Source: Candidatus Kapaibacterium sp.
Lineage (GTDB): Bacteria; Bacteroidota; Ignavibacteria; Kapaibacteriales; UBA4661
Reading direction: 5' to 3'
Assembly (NCBI GenBank): GCA_025455065.1
Contig: JALONG010000017.1
Location: forward strand, 4,294-68,293
Length of the DNA: 64,000 nucleotides
The notes under the pieces are model-generated. The model ran no database searches. It was not told where the DNA came from and saw only the letters and a list, made by a program, of their open reading frames with translations. The translations under genes were made by a program, and so were the position numbers. Of this stretch, positions 56,601 to 64,000 are shown piece after piece. Numbering within the stretch: position 1 is the stretch's first letter; each line of letters begins with the position of its first letter.

Positions 56601-58386
56601 GATTGATTCCGCACAACGCTCAACAACGCAGCAAGATATTCTTGTTTTTGGCAGTATTGGTGGGATTCCACGTTTATTACCGATTGCACCACGCACATCA
56701 ACTGATGTCATCAACGGACCGGTTCGTGCAATCCAAGAAGTAAATTTCCCGCTTGTAGCTGTGGGTAATAATTCAACGCAAAGTTTTGTCTTGCGTAATC
56801 CTAGCACAACGGCTTCCGTAGCGCTTTCCGGCGTACAGTTTAGCGGACAATTCGGCAATGAATATACCGTTACGGCACCAACGCAGTTTCCGGTAACGAT
56901 TGCACCAAATGCAACACTGCCACTAGATGTGCGCTTCGCGCCGACAGGTTTAGGGCGGCGTTTAGCACGGATAACGCTCAATTACGATGCAGAGCCTCGC
57001 TCGGAAACAGTTATTCTTGTCGGTAACGGCAGTACGAGCAAACGTTTGACTGAAAATCTCCTTTTTCGCCTCATTAACTTCGGACCACTCACAACAAACC
57101 AAGTTTCGGTAACAAGCGTCACCATAACCTTTGCCAACACAGGTTCTGAGCCAATTCGCGTAACGTCGGCAACACTGGAAGGCGAACATAGCGGGGAATT
57201 CCGCTTGGAAGCACTTGCCACACCCACGCCATTTACGCTACAACCTCAGCAAACATTTGCTGTTCGCCTCCTGTTTGCACCGCGAACACTTGGGTTCAAA
57301 TTTGCCCGCTTTGTGATTAACAGCGACACTGATCCGATTGCAATTCAACTGCGCGGCACTGGTGCAGCACCAACGCCTTCGGCAGATTTGCAGATAGACC
57401 CCGTAAATGCGCGGGTTGGAGAAATTGTCGAAGTGCCGATTTTCTTGCGCAATCGCACCAGTTTCCCGGCAAATACCACCATTTACGCAACGCTCTCTTT
57501 CAACAACCTCGTCGCAGAGCCTGTTGATGCGGCATTGCAGGGTGTTTTGGAAGATAATCGCCGAATTATTCCGCTTACACTTTCCTCCGGTGCGGCTGGT
57601 GATGCTATTATCGGACGCATTCGCTTGCGTGGTAAAGCCGATAATTTCTCCAATACTGTACTTTCACTTTCGGGTGTAACGTCGCTTGAGGGCGTACTTG
57701 TGAGTCGCAATGGGCTATTTACCATCACCGATTTCCCTGCTATCAGCCTGCCTTCGGAATTGACGGCTCGTCCGGGCGAAACCGTTACGCTGAATGTTAC
57801 GACACAAAACCGCCGTAATATCCTTCCCGGGCGCGTTTTTACTGCTTCGGTGAACTTCAACGCATCACTTTTGCAACCCCAAAACGCTCAGAACGCAGGC
57901 ACAGTCAGTAACGGCAGACGCACACTGACATTCCAAATTCCTGCCGGAACTACCGATTCCACATGGCAAATTCCACTTCGTGCCACACTAGGCAATGATT
58001 CCGTAACAACGATTGCCGGGCAAATGACCTCTCCGACAGGCTCTACATCGCTTGTGCAAGGATTGTTCCGCCTTACGGGGCTGAATCAAGTCGGTGGTCC
58101 GTGGAGATTTTTCTCCGAGCGTCCGGGCTTGGCGATAGTCAAAACTTTGCCTAATCCCGTTTCCAATGCTGCAAGCATTGTTTATGAATTGAGCAATGAC
58201 GCGGAAGTTTCGATGCTGGTAAACGATGTTAATGGCAGAACATTAGATGAAATCCTGCTTGGCGAACAAAAAGCAGGAACATACACCGCCGAACTGCCCT
58301 TGAAAACACTTCGCTCCGGCACGTATTTAGTTACTCTTCGGAGCAGTATTGGCACAGCAACAGCAGTCGTAAGCGTTGTACGGTAA
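53611..58386 (+). CDS. 1591-aa S8 (subtilisin-like) serine peptidase with multiple Ig-like (ASH/choice-of-anchor-D-like) repeats and T9SS C-terminal domain
   Basis: Catalytic triad blocks IIDSGVD (about 54241), HGTHVAG (about 54520) and GTSMASP (about 55001). At least six repeats of about 110 aa follow, with the pattern F..V.VG......I.N.G...V.I....SG....F...P.....L.P.....L.V.F.P. C-terminal LPNPVSN...GTYLVTLRS sorting domain. Confidence 0.9.
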   Translation: MKHLAFLRILLIAIMVVFCGFEQSLLAQSAVTPQQASEPAYTLYFPGKRQPDGTFSPARFYPIYRTPKGTYLENRLYVKMRQYVPIGKNGASLQSSAVMNILQRYGVRAIAPAIPKLNGNLQSYDPEGLGNVYSVRLEGNADVYDVCKELVQSPDVEYAEPVYLMQLHNDSTARRFTPNDPLFSRQYEWQRIDAERAWGVTTGSASVVIGIIDSGVDYEHEDLASKIWTNPGESGRDANGRDKRTNGIDDDNNGRIDDFRGWDFANTLNLQEANGGVYRDDNDPKLRRTLGRNLGVTDGTSNHGTHVAGASAAATNNGLGVAGACPECLILPIKIMSEDSLLNGLLRSAEAMRYAADMGASVVNMSFGSRGLAPFANFSAFTQGVLTQGTAAGTLYVSSAGNDGSLQDDFNYPASYDNVFSVGNSNVNDVPVASSNFGIKTGVFAPGNQTSSTFSDNQYQFLNGTSMASPIVAGVAGLLRSQRPTWTPRQIMHQIRSTSDNAILQGLALSARNPFYYGRLNAFRALTFNNPLNEGPNVVPGISNVGFTVSAENGLITGFQPVRLLIAAQNFLSNANDVSITITSLDGRALPVGTSTVNVGNINTMQQRIAEFLVQLQPSAALGAGLRRADFQITYRSGSYINYERISLAYNTPTTVDTPELTAPTSTDFGIAQVPVTRTITIRNNGNVPITLNTTATVFSGANASEFTFFPTPTSLSIPPTGFQTLTVRFVPNTNATGQGNRTATLTISARTVTTDIVTTLQRTVQLTGVSRFVGSLTVTPAAGLAFGTVTIGTTQILTATFANTSPLPVTIRSVNVVTGTTVTSGEYRLLDQLPNVIAQRTSATLRVQFTPSATTGTRPAFLIIETDSDPIRIALNGGGFIGSPPRQPRVLSYGFVGQADFVGGSNIFSRFDQQPLGTINPPRIGEIRIANDIQVRNRGTQAVTVTGASFSGVGAQEFTMTGPIFPFTLQPNQSTTLTVRYAPTVVGEKFTSVTFLIDSAQRSTTQQDILVFGSIGGIPRLLPIAPRTSTDVINGPVRAIQEVNFPLVAVGNNSTQSFVLRNPSTTASVALSGVQFSGQFGNEYTVTAPTQFPVTIAPNATLPLDVRFAPTGLGRRLARITLNYDAEPRSETVILVGNGSTSKRLTENLLFRLINFGPLTTNQVSVTSVTITFANTGSEPIRVTSATLEGEHSGEFRLEALATPTPFTLQPQQTFAVRLLFAPRTLGFKFARFVINSDTDPIAIQLRGTGAAPTPSADLQIDPVNARVGEIVEVPIFLRNRTSFPANTTIYATLSFNNLVAEPVDAALQGVLEDNRRIIPLTLSSGAAGDAIIGRIRLRGKADNFSNTVLSLSGVTSLEGVLVSRNGLFTITDFPAISLPSELTARPGETVTLNVTTQNRRNILPGRVFTASVNFNASLLQPQNAQNAGTVSNGRRTLTFQIPAGTTDSTWQIPLRATLGNDSVTTIAGQMTSPTGSTSLVQGLFRLTGLNQVGGPWRFFSERPGLAIVKTLPNPVSNAASIVYELSNDAEVSMLVNDVNGRTLDEILLGEQKAGTYTAELPLKTLRSGTYLVTLRSSIGTATAVVSVVR

Positions 58387-58424
58387 TCCCATTCACAGAC
58401 ACTTCACTCTTTTCTCAAATAACC

Positions 58425-59207
58425 ATGAAACATTTTTGTAGTATGCTCTTAGTCTTGGCAACAGCATGGAATCTTGCCCTGAGCCAAGAAGCACAACAAA
58501 CGGCAAGCCCCAAATCAGGAGCAATCTCGCTTGGCGCATTTGCCGCATACAATCTCAATTTCCACAACGCAAATTTTTTGGAATTACCGACTGCGCCAAT
58601 TTTCACTCCTCGCACCGGAGCAAGTTATGAACCTGCTGCTTTCGCAAGCACCAATAGCGGCTCAGTGGCGCTTGGAGCGCTGGTGATGTGCAATTTGTCC
58701 GAAGAAATGGCAATCAGTCTGCGATTAAGCTATGCAGGACACGATGCAGCATTCAGGACGACTGCGACCTATCCGATTGGCAGATCTGACGGCTCAAGCA
58801 CCGATGCTACCAGCGAGTACACCCTCAATGCGACACTTTCCACGTTCAGTGCCGAGCCGCTATTTTCCTATCGCATTGTAGGCGGCTTGCAAGCATATTT
58901 AGGTGCGCGAGTGAGTTTGCTGACGGGAAATTCCTTCGACCAGCGTGAAACCTTGATTACACCAAGCGACGGCGGTTTTGATGGCAATCGCAATCGTTCC
59001 CGCAATGTGCAAACGGGCATGATTCCCCAAGCGCAGACACTCTGGATTTCCGGCGTGGCGGGACTTGGGTATGATATTCCCCTGAGCACCAATCTGATTC
59101 TTTCGCCCGAAGCCTTCTACTCGCTAGGTTTGACGCAGGTTGTGCAGAATGTGAATTGGAATGTTCATACGCTGCGCGGTGGAATTTCCCTGCGGTATCG
59201 GTTGTAA
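58425..59207 (+). CDS. outer-membrane beta-barrel (porin-family) protein
   Basis: Signal peptide, alternating amphipathic strands, and a C-terminal aromatic-rich strand ending ...GISLRYRL. Confidence 0.6.
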   Translation: MKHFCSMLLVLATAWNLALSQEAQQTASPKSGAISLGAFAAYNLNFHNANFLELPTAPIFTPRTGASYEPAAFASTNSGSVALGALVMCNLSEEMAISLRLSYAGHDAAFRTTATYPIGRSDGSSTDATSEYTLNATLSTFSAEPLFSYRIVGGLQAYLGARVSLLTGNSFDQRETLITPSDGGFDGNRNRSRNVQTGMIPQAQTLWISGVAGLGYDIPLSTNLILSPEAFYSLGLTQVVQNVNWNVHTLRGGISLRYRL

Positions 59208-59231
59208 TCCAGACCAATTTTGAAGCACAAA

Positions 59232-59269
59232 AGCCGCTTAGAACAGTTCGTTATAAGTGGCTTTTTTTT
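59232..59269 (+). terminator. intrinsic terminator after the beta-barrel gene
   Basis: Stem AGCCGCTTA / TAAGTGGCT (one G-T pair) followed by TTTTTTTT. Confidence 0.7.
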
Positions 59270-59279
59270 CATTTCATTT

Positions 59280-59571
59280 ATGCTTGAACTTACGCATCAA
59301 GAAAGCTCATTGAGCTGTTGATTATGCTTTTCAGCGAATAGGCGGAAAGTATAAAGGGCGAATTTTATGGGTGCTAAGAAATGGTTGCCTTCGGTATGGA
59401 GAATTACATAGAGCCATTGTTGGTATTACGCCGAAAATGCTCTCCCAAACGCTGAAAGAATTGGAAGTTGATGAGCTGATGACAAGAAAAGTTTATGTAG
59501 AAGTTCCACCAAAGGTTGAATACTCACTGACCGAAACAGCAAAAGAATTAATTCCATTTATCAGCCAAATA
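59280..59571 (+). pseudogene. HxlR-family transcriptional regulator, frameshifted and 3'-disrupted
   Basis: ATG at 59280 gives MLELTHQESSLSC* in one frame. The family continues in another frame as AVDYAFQRIGGKYKGRILWVLRNGCLRYGELHRAI...PPKVEYSLTETAKELIPFISQI. The reading frame then runs into the 134-bp inverted-repeat element. Confidence 0.55.
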
Positions 59572-59705
59572 AATAGTCTGGACATTTTTGAAGAACCTAG
59601 GTTCTATGCGGGTTTCAAGTTATACTATTTTTTACTTGAAATCTAGGTTTTATGCAGCTTTCGGCAAAATTTTTAGAGAGCCGTAGAAAAAATGTCCAGA
59701 CTATT
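59572..59705. mobile_element. 134-bp MITE-like element with perfect 18-bp terminal inverted repeats
   Basis: AATAGTCTGGACATTTTT (59572-59589) and AAAAATGTCCAGACTATT (59688-59705). Internal direct repeat CTAGGTTCTATGCGGGTTTC / CTAGGTTTTATGCAGCTTTC. It sits where the HxlR C-terminal helix should be. Confidence 0.5.
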
Positions 59706-59844
59706 GACAAATGAGAAATTGGGGATAACAGCAAATGTCAGAAAACAAAGAATTGAGTTCTTAGGGTGTTTTGATGTGCTTGCCACGAACTCAGAGATTG
59801 ACGAAAGTTTTGTCGTGAGTTTCGGATTGTTAGTGTTTTTCGTT

Positions 59845-59916
59845 CTTGTTTCAAAAATCAAAAGCCCTGCATTACAAAATTCTAACTTGCCATACAGGGT
59901 TTTTTGTGCAAAGGTG
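59845..59916 (-). repeat. conserved hairpin module, short copy 6
   Basis: Minus strand CACCTTTGCACAAAAAACCCTGTATGGCAAG...TGTAATGCAGGGCTTTTGATTTTTGA, immediately after the sigma-factor stop. It probably acts as that gene's terminator. Confidence 0.7.
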
Positions 59917-59917
59917 T

Positions 59918-60784
59918 TTACAACGCAAACATATTGCGAATGACCTCGCTTTGCAAAACCTGTTCAACAAGACTTTTTACCTGTTCCGATTCTTGGAAAG
60001 GATGATGTTGGTATATTTGCTCATACAATTCATCAATCTTCTCACAATCATCATCAGCATTTTCCTCAATCATCTGGTAAATACGTCGCGTGTAGTGTGC
60101 ATTAAATCGTAGTGTTTCAGGATGAACCCAGCCCGCTTGAATAAAACCTTTCGTCTTTTTACTACATCGGCACGGGTTTGTCGTATTGACTAAACCGCAA
60201 CGTTTGTTCATCCATTCATGTAAATCACGACGTGCACGAGATAATTTTTGGCGAAAATTCTCTGGGCTGATATTCAGAATTTCACCGCCAAGTTTTGAAT
60301 CAATTTCAAAAATTGCGCCAAGAATATAGACTAACCGTTGTTCGCGGTCGAGACAAAGCAACATCCCTGCGGTACAAGAAATTTTTACATCATCAATTGT
60401 GTCTTTCAATTCCTGCTCTTCTAATGTCGTAAGAGCAATTGTGGGGAGATTATCCAGACCCTCAAAATACTCTGAAAAATCAACAACGACTTCTTCCATG
60501 CGTTGTTTTTTCATTGCCAGAATGTGATTGAAGGCTATGCGATAGAGCCACGTACGAAATGCGCTCCGTCCTTCAAATTGCGCCAGATTCGTGATAGCCT
60601 TGATAAACACCTCTTGAGTAACATCTTCTGCGTCTTGCGGATTCAGCACCATTTTCCAAGCAACATTGTAAATGAATGCTTGATGACGCAAAATAAGATG
60701 TTGCAAAGCCTCCTTTGTTCCTTCCAAGGAGGCTTGTACCAATTCGCTATCACTCATATCGGCGAAAAAACCTTGAGTTGTCAT
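59918..60784 (-). CDS. ECF-type sigma-70 family factor with Cys-rich C-terminal extension
   Basis: Region 2 (DAEDVTQEVFIKAI...FRTWLYRIAFN), region 4 (ISPENFRQKLSRARRDL), then CGLVNTTNPCRCSKK and an extension of about 80 aa. Confidence 0.8.
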   Translation of the reverse strand: MTTQGFFADMSDSELVQASLEGTKEALQHLILRHQAFIYNVAWKMVLNPQDAEDVTQEVFIKAITNLAQFEGRSAFRTWLYRIAFNHILAMKKQRMEEVVVDFSEYFEGLDNLPTIALTTLEEQELKDTIDDVKISCTAGMLLCLDREQRLVYILGAIFEIDSKLGGEILNISPENFRQKLSRARRDLHEWMNKRCGLVNTTNPCRCSKKTKGFIQAGWVHPETLRFNAHYTRRIYQMIEENADDDCEKIDELYEQIYQHHPFQESEQVKSLVEQVLQSEVIRNMFAL

Positions 60785-60790
60785 ACAGAT

Positions 60791-61477
60791 TTATGGTGTA
60801 AATGTGGCGTAATGTTGAAAGCTAATCACACGCTCGGTTGCGGCGAAAAAAGGCTGCATTGCTGGAAGAGTTTCTGCTTTTTTTGGAGCATTTTGCGCAA
60901 CCTCAAGCGATGCCCACACAACTACATCGACAAAAATACTTGGGTCTTTATGATCTTGTAACACCGTTCGAGAAATAAAACCCTGAAAGTTTTCCAATTC
61001 CTTGGTAACATCGTTGCAAATTTTAGCATAATCAGCAAGATTGCTTTGCTTGATTTGATACATCACAACTTCGGTAATATTCTGTTTGTTATTCATGATT
61101 TTTTTTGGTTTTTTGGGTGAATACAATGGTAAAAAATCTCCGTAGGCATAGACAGAATCAATGCTTTGGATGAAGGGAGCAAATGTACGGTCGGTTTTAA
61201 CACGTTGTGCTGCTTTTTCGGCATTTGAAGCGTTTCTCCAGAGAACAATGTCCACATAAACGCCTGTTTCTGCAACGGAAGCCAAGGTTTGGTAAGTTTG
61301 AAAACCCTCTAAGGAGGCAATATTCTTCCGAAACTCTCTCAAATTATTGAGAAACTGCCCCTGCTTTTCAGGGCGAATGTGATACACGGCGATTTCTGTT
61401 GCTTGTTGTCGGTTCTGTGCAAGAGCCGCGCCGCAAGAAAAAAACAACAATGTAGAAAAAATCAAAATGTCACGCAT
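60791..61477 (-). CDS. secreted protein with two ABM (antibiotic-biosynthesis-monooxygenase-like) domains
   Basis: Signal peptide, then two ferredoxin-like halves of about 95 aa (EIAVYHIRPEK...; EVVMYQIKQSN...). Confidence 0.55.
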   Translation of the reverse strand: MRDILIFSTLLFFSCGAALAQNRQQATEIAVYHIRPEKQGQFLNNLREFRKNIASLEGFQTYQTLASVAETGVYVDIVLWRNASNAEKAAQRVKTDRTFAPFIQSIDSVYAYGDFLPLYSPKKPKKIMNNKQNITEVVMYQIKQSNLADYAKICNDVTKELENFQGFISRTVLQDHKDPSIFVDVVVWASLEVAQNAPKKAETLPAMQPFFAATERVISFQHYATFTP

Positions 61478-61597
61478 ACATCTTCCTCAAGAATAGTGAA
61501 ACAGTGTGTTTATGCTATTTTGATTCAGAAAGTGAGCGTGTGTGACAAAACAATAAAAAAATTGTAACTGCTGCACAAAATAGGCAGGATATACGAA

Positions 61598-61721
61598 ATC
61601 CTCTCAAAACCGCACTACACCTTCGCTCCACGCCATTTTTCCGCAAACTGCCCTTGAAAATCGAAAACCCTGCACGCAAGATGTAATCTGGCATACAGGG
61701 CTTTTTTGTGCAAAGGTGCGT
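61598..61721 (-). repeat. conserved leader module, short copy 4
   Basis: Minus strand ACGCACCTTTGCACAAAAAAGCCCTGTATGCCAG-ATTACAT-CTTGCGTGCAGGGTTTTCGATTTTCAAGGGCAGTTTGCGG...TTTCGTATATCC. It is preceded by CGTTAGCC (61736-61729). Confidence 0.8.
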
Positions 61722-61790
61722 AGGGGGAGGCTAACGAAAATAGAAGCATTTCAGCCACCATATTGCCAAACTTTTTGCCTACGTTTTTTA

Positions 61791-62180
61791 TCAGCTTATT
61801 GGTGTGCAAATTTCAATGAGAAAACCGTCAAGGTCTCTTACATATGCAACAATTTGCCCCCATGGTTTTGTTTTCGGATTTTCAACAATTGTCGCGCCTG
61901 CGTTTATAGCGGTCGAAACTGCTTTCTCTACATTGTCTGTTATCAATCCAATTTCAATCCCAAATGGTTTGTTTGCCAAACTACTTTCCGTAAAACCTTT
62001 TGTCAAGTTTGACTTGGCTAATACTGTCGAAGCGAATGAAAGTGTCGTCTCTCCAACGAAAAGTTCTCCATAGTCATTTTCTGGTGTTACAAATTTTCTT
62101 GTAAAGCCAAAAGCGTTTTCGTAAAATTCAACAGCTTTTGTTACATCTTGAACGTATAGAATTGTGTATCCAAATTTCAT
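61791..62180 (-). CDS. VOC (glyoxalase/bleomycin-resistance/dioxygenase) family protein
   Basis: MKFGYTILYVQDVTKAVEFYENAFGF... is a typical VOC beta-alpha-beta-beta-beta module. The ATG at 62180 is preferred over the long ORF reaching 62555, which overlaps the AraC gene. Confidence 0.75.
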   Translation of the reverse strand: MKFGYTILYVQDVTKAVEFYENAFGFTRKFVTPENDYGELFVGETTLSFASTVLAKSNLTKGFTESSLANKPFGIEIGLITDNVEKAVSTAINAGATIVENPKTKPWGQIVAYVRDLDGFLIEICTPIS

Positions 62181-62385
62181 AGCTGTATTCCTTGTTGGAG
62201 TGGAAAAAGTGTTATTGGGGGATGCAGATTGCGCGTAGATCATGGAAGAGCCGTTGCTCCATGCGATAGCAATAGCGCATGAGCAAAGGCGTAGATAGAG
62301 GCGTAGAGGAAGAGTCATTGTACACCGCGAATAGTATGCAACAATAGTGAACGGTACGGTGTGCAAATTACAACACGGAGGAATA

Positions 62386-63150
62386 CTATGCTTTGGAAGA
62401 ATCCGACACCGAAGGAGAAAATAAGGAGGGTGCTTGACCGGTATATTTTTTGAAATCATTGGTGAGGTGTGCGTTATCGTAATAGCCATAATCCCATGCA
62501 AAATCAAGCAGACTTTGCGATATTGGCTTCTGCGCGAGTGCCGTGAAAGCCGCATGAAAACGTACTAATTTGCAAAAAGTGCGTGGAGAAACTCCAATAT
62601 GCTGATGGAATAATCGCTCTAATCTCCGTTCGTTTATTGCGGCGGCACTCGTTATATCCTGCACTCGGACAAGTCCCTTTTTCTGCGTAATTGCAGAGAC
62701 CATCGTGAGAATTGGTGCGGTCTGTACAGGTATATTCGACAGAAAAAAAGCATCCAATGTTTTCTGCCAGTCGGCACTATGTAATGCTCGCTCCTGTTGA
62801 ACGAGAAACGTTGTAAAAAGGCGTGGAACTTCATCCACAACAATATCGGATGTACCTTGCAAAGGAACATCGCATAGCAACGTCAATCCCGCAGGCTTGA
62901 ACCGAATCCCCAACAAACAATCTCCGCCCGATAACGATGTCGGCAGAAAAGTTGTCATCGTGCCAACCAAAGAAGCCCGTGATTGCCCAGTCTTGCGCCG
63001 AAGATTGATGATAATATCGGCACAACAATCGGGGAAAACGTTGTAACTTACCACCGATGCGGCTTCTGGCACCGTACACCGCCAGTACGCCTCAATGTAC
63101 AGTCGCAAATGCGGATGTGGTAAAAATTCTTGATAGCTTGACACAATCAT
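62386..63150 (-). CDS. AraC family transcriptional regulator (DUF6597-type N-terminal domain)
   Basis: N-terminus YQEFLPHPHLRLYIEAYW. C-terminal HTH_AraC (...FCKLVRFHAAF...YYDNAHLTNDFKKYTG). Confidence 0.75.
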   Translation of the reverse strand: MIVSSYQEFLPHPHLRLYIEAYWRCTVPEAASVVSYNVFPDCCADIIINLRRKTGQSRASLVGTMTTFLPTSLSGGDCLLGIRFKPAGLTLLCDVPLQGTSDIVVDEVPRLFTTFLVQQERALHSADWQKTLDAFFLSNIPVQTAPILTMVSAITQKKGLVRVQDITSAAAINERRLERLFHQHIGVSPRTFCKLVRFHAAFTALAQKPISQSLLDFAWDYGYYDNAHLTNDFKKYTGQAPSLFSPSVSDSSKA

Positions 63151-63350
63151 CAACGTCAAAAATGAAGGGATGCGGGGTGTAGTTATTTGATGAAGGATGC
63201 AATCTACGAAATTCGCCTCGAAGCGAAGAAAAAGAAACACCGTTACAAGCCCCAGCAAATACCCCACCTCACAAACACCTGCCACGAATACCGCACCAAT
63301 ACTGGCTCTGGGAGCGCAGTTAATTTTCCTTCAAAATTAAGATTGATATA

Positions 63351-63473
63351 CAGCCCTCAAGTCCAGATTCCACCTTCACTCCAAGCCATTTTCCCGAAAC
63401 TGCCCTCGAAATTGGAAAACCCTGCACGCAAGATATAATCTGGCATACAGGGCTTTTTTGTGCAAAGGTGCGT
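63351..63473 (-). repeat. conserved leader module, short copy 5
   Basis: Minus strand ACGCACCTTTGCACAAAAAAGCCCTGTATGCCAG-ATTATAT-CTTGCGTGCAGGGTTTTCC...GAGGGCAGTTTCGGG...GGAATCTGGACTTGAGGGCTG. Confidence 0.8.
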
Positions 63474-63479
63474 GGGGGA

Positions 63480-63574
63480 AGCTAACGGTTTCGGGCTTGG
63501 CGAAGATGGCGATTTTCACCACAAATGTGTCTGCGGAGAACGGAACCACCACTTTTGCCAAACCCGTGTTATAG
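63480..63574 (-). other. attC-like imperfect palindrome (site D)
   Basis: Minus strand CTATAAC-A-CGGGTTTGGC ... GCCAAGCCCG-AAACC-GTTAGCT. It starts 10 nt after the stop of ORF 63585..63995. Its arms are nearly identical to site B. Confidence 0.5.
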
Positions 63575-63584
63575 GCAGCTTTTT

Positions 63585-63995
63585 TCACTGTTTGGGTATC
63601 AATTGCTCAACTGAGAAATAGTAAAACTCTCCACCAATTGGATTTCTAGTTTGTTTGTCAACTACCCTAACTGGAATATTATATTGCCTACCGATGTTAG
63701 CTGTCGAGTTTTCTCCTGCAAAAAACTTTTCGACTAAATTGTCCCAAAGTGATTTGTCTTGGTCTGGGTTTTCCAAATGAAATTGTTCAACCTGAATTTG
63801 GGCGGTGGCTCTTGATAAATAAAATTGATGGTATTCATAAGTCCTTGCACGAAGCTCGGGGTTATTGTCGATTCTAATATATGTTGAAGGGAATAGTAAT
63901 AAACCACGTCTTTTGAATGCTGAAATTAGTTCAGTATAAAAATGGTTTGCTTCATTTTCATCATTTGCGGTGAAAGTTGTCATAAAATGAATCAT
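63585..63995 (-). CDS. hypothetical protein (AT-rich cassette-like ORF)
   Basis: 136-aa ORF with an ATG start, followed by attC-like site D. No motif recognised. Confidence 0.4.
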   Translation of the reverse strand: MIHFMTTFTANDENEANHFYTELISAFKRRGLLLFPSTYIRIDNNPELRARTYEYHQFYLSRATAQIQVEQFHLENPDQDKSLWDNLVEKFFAGENSTANIGRQYNIPVRVVDKQTRNPIGGEFYYFSVEQLIPKQ

Positions 63996-64000
63996 TGCAT

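Noticed and set aside
61615-61809. ORFs 61615..61809 and 63376..63588 (minus) share ...APLHKKALYARL.LACRVF.F.GQF...
   Set aside because: The similarity is just the translated hairpin/leader repeat. The same frame hits a stop in copies 1-3 (…VFIF*), and the ORFs run across the attC-like sites.
62181-62555. Long N-terminal extension of the VOC ORF up to 62555.
   Set aside because: It overlaps the 3' end of the AraC gene. The extension has no VOC similarity, while MKFGYTILYVQD is a canonical VOC start. A shorter extension from MTLPLRL cannot be fully excluded.

Overview
This 64-kb chromosomal window most likely comes from the Bacteroidota/Chlorobiota-Ignavibacteriota (FCB) group. That is an inference from two giant secreted proteins that end in T9SS-type C-terminal sorting domains, many lipoprotein and signal peptides, and a TAnnTTTG-like promoter box. 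I call about 55 protein genes or gene remnants. I saw no rRNA, tRNA or CRISPR array by eye.

Positions 1-41.5 kb are mostly minus-strand housekeeping and accessory genes:
- hydrolases, an Lrp/AsnC regulator, a group II PLP decarboxylase and Ada;
- GNAT and SRPBCC genes;
- a cytochrome-P460-like / YHS / Crp cluster;
- an 8.7-kb gene for a 2889-aa mosaic surface protein;
- a YbdL-like aminotransferase, S41 and aspartic peptidases, and a LytS/LytTR two-component pair.

A clear cobalamin riboswitch (about 30060-30250, minus) lies downstream of a cobC-like gene. It precedes a beta-propeller lipoprotein gene and an LRR protein gene.

From 41.8 kb onward the window is mainly accessory DNA:
- a Septu-like AAA-ATPase + HNH pair;
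- an ISAs1-type transposase remnant;
- two tracts in opposite orientation (46.1-49.95 kb on plus, 64-59.8 kb on minus). In both, unrelated and often AT-richer genes are followed by attC-like imperfect palindromes ending in CGTTAGCY and by a conserved hairpin/leader module. Two copies of that module are 327 bp and nearly identical.

I read these tracts as an integron-style cassette cluster with no integrase in the window. This is the most interesting hypothesis here and needs computational confirmation.

Several genes are visibly decayed:
- Uma2 endonuclease: a 1-nt frameshift;
- DUF4411: TGG to TAG;
- its ImmA/IrrE partner: HEXXH changed to HELAP;
- HxlR: a frameshift plus a 134-bp inverted-repeat element.

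All coordinates and motifs were read by eye. No searches were run.
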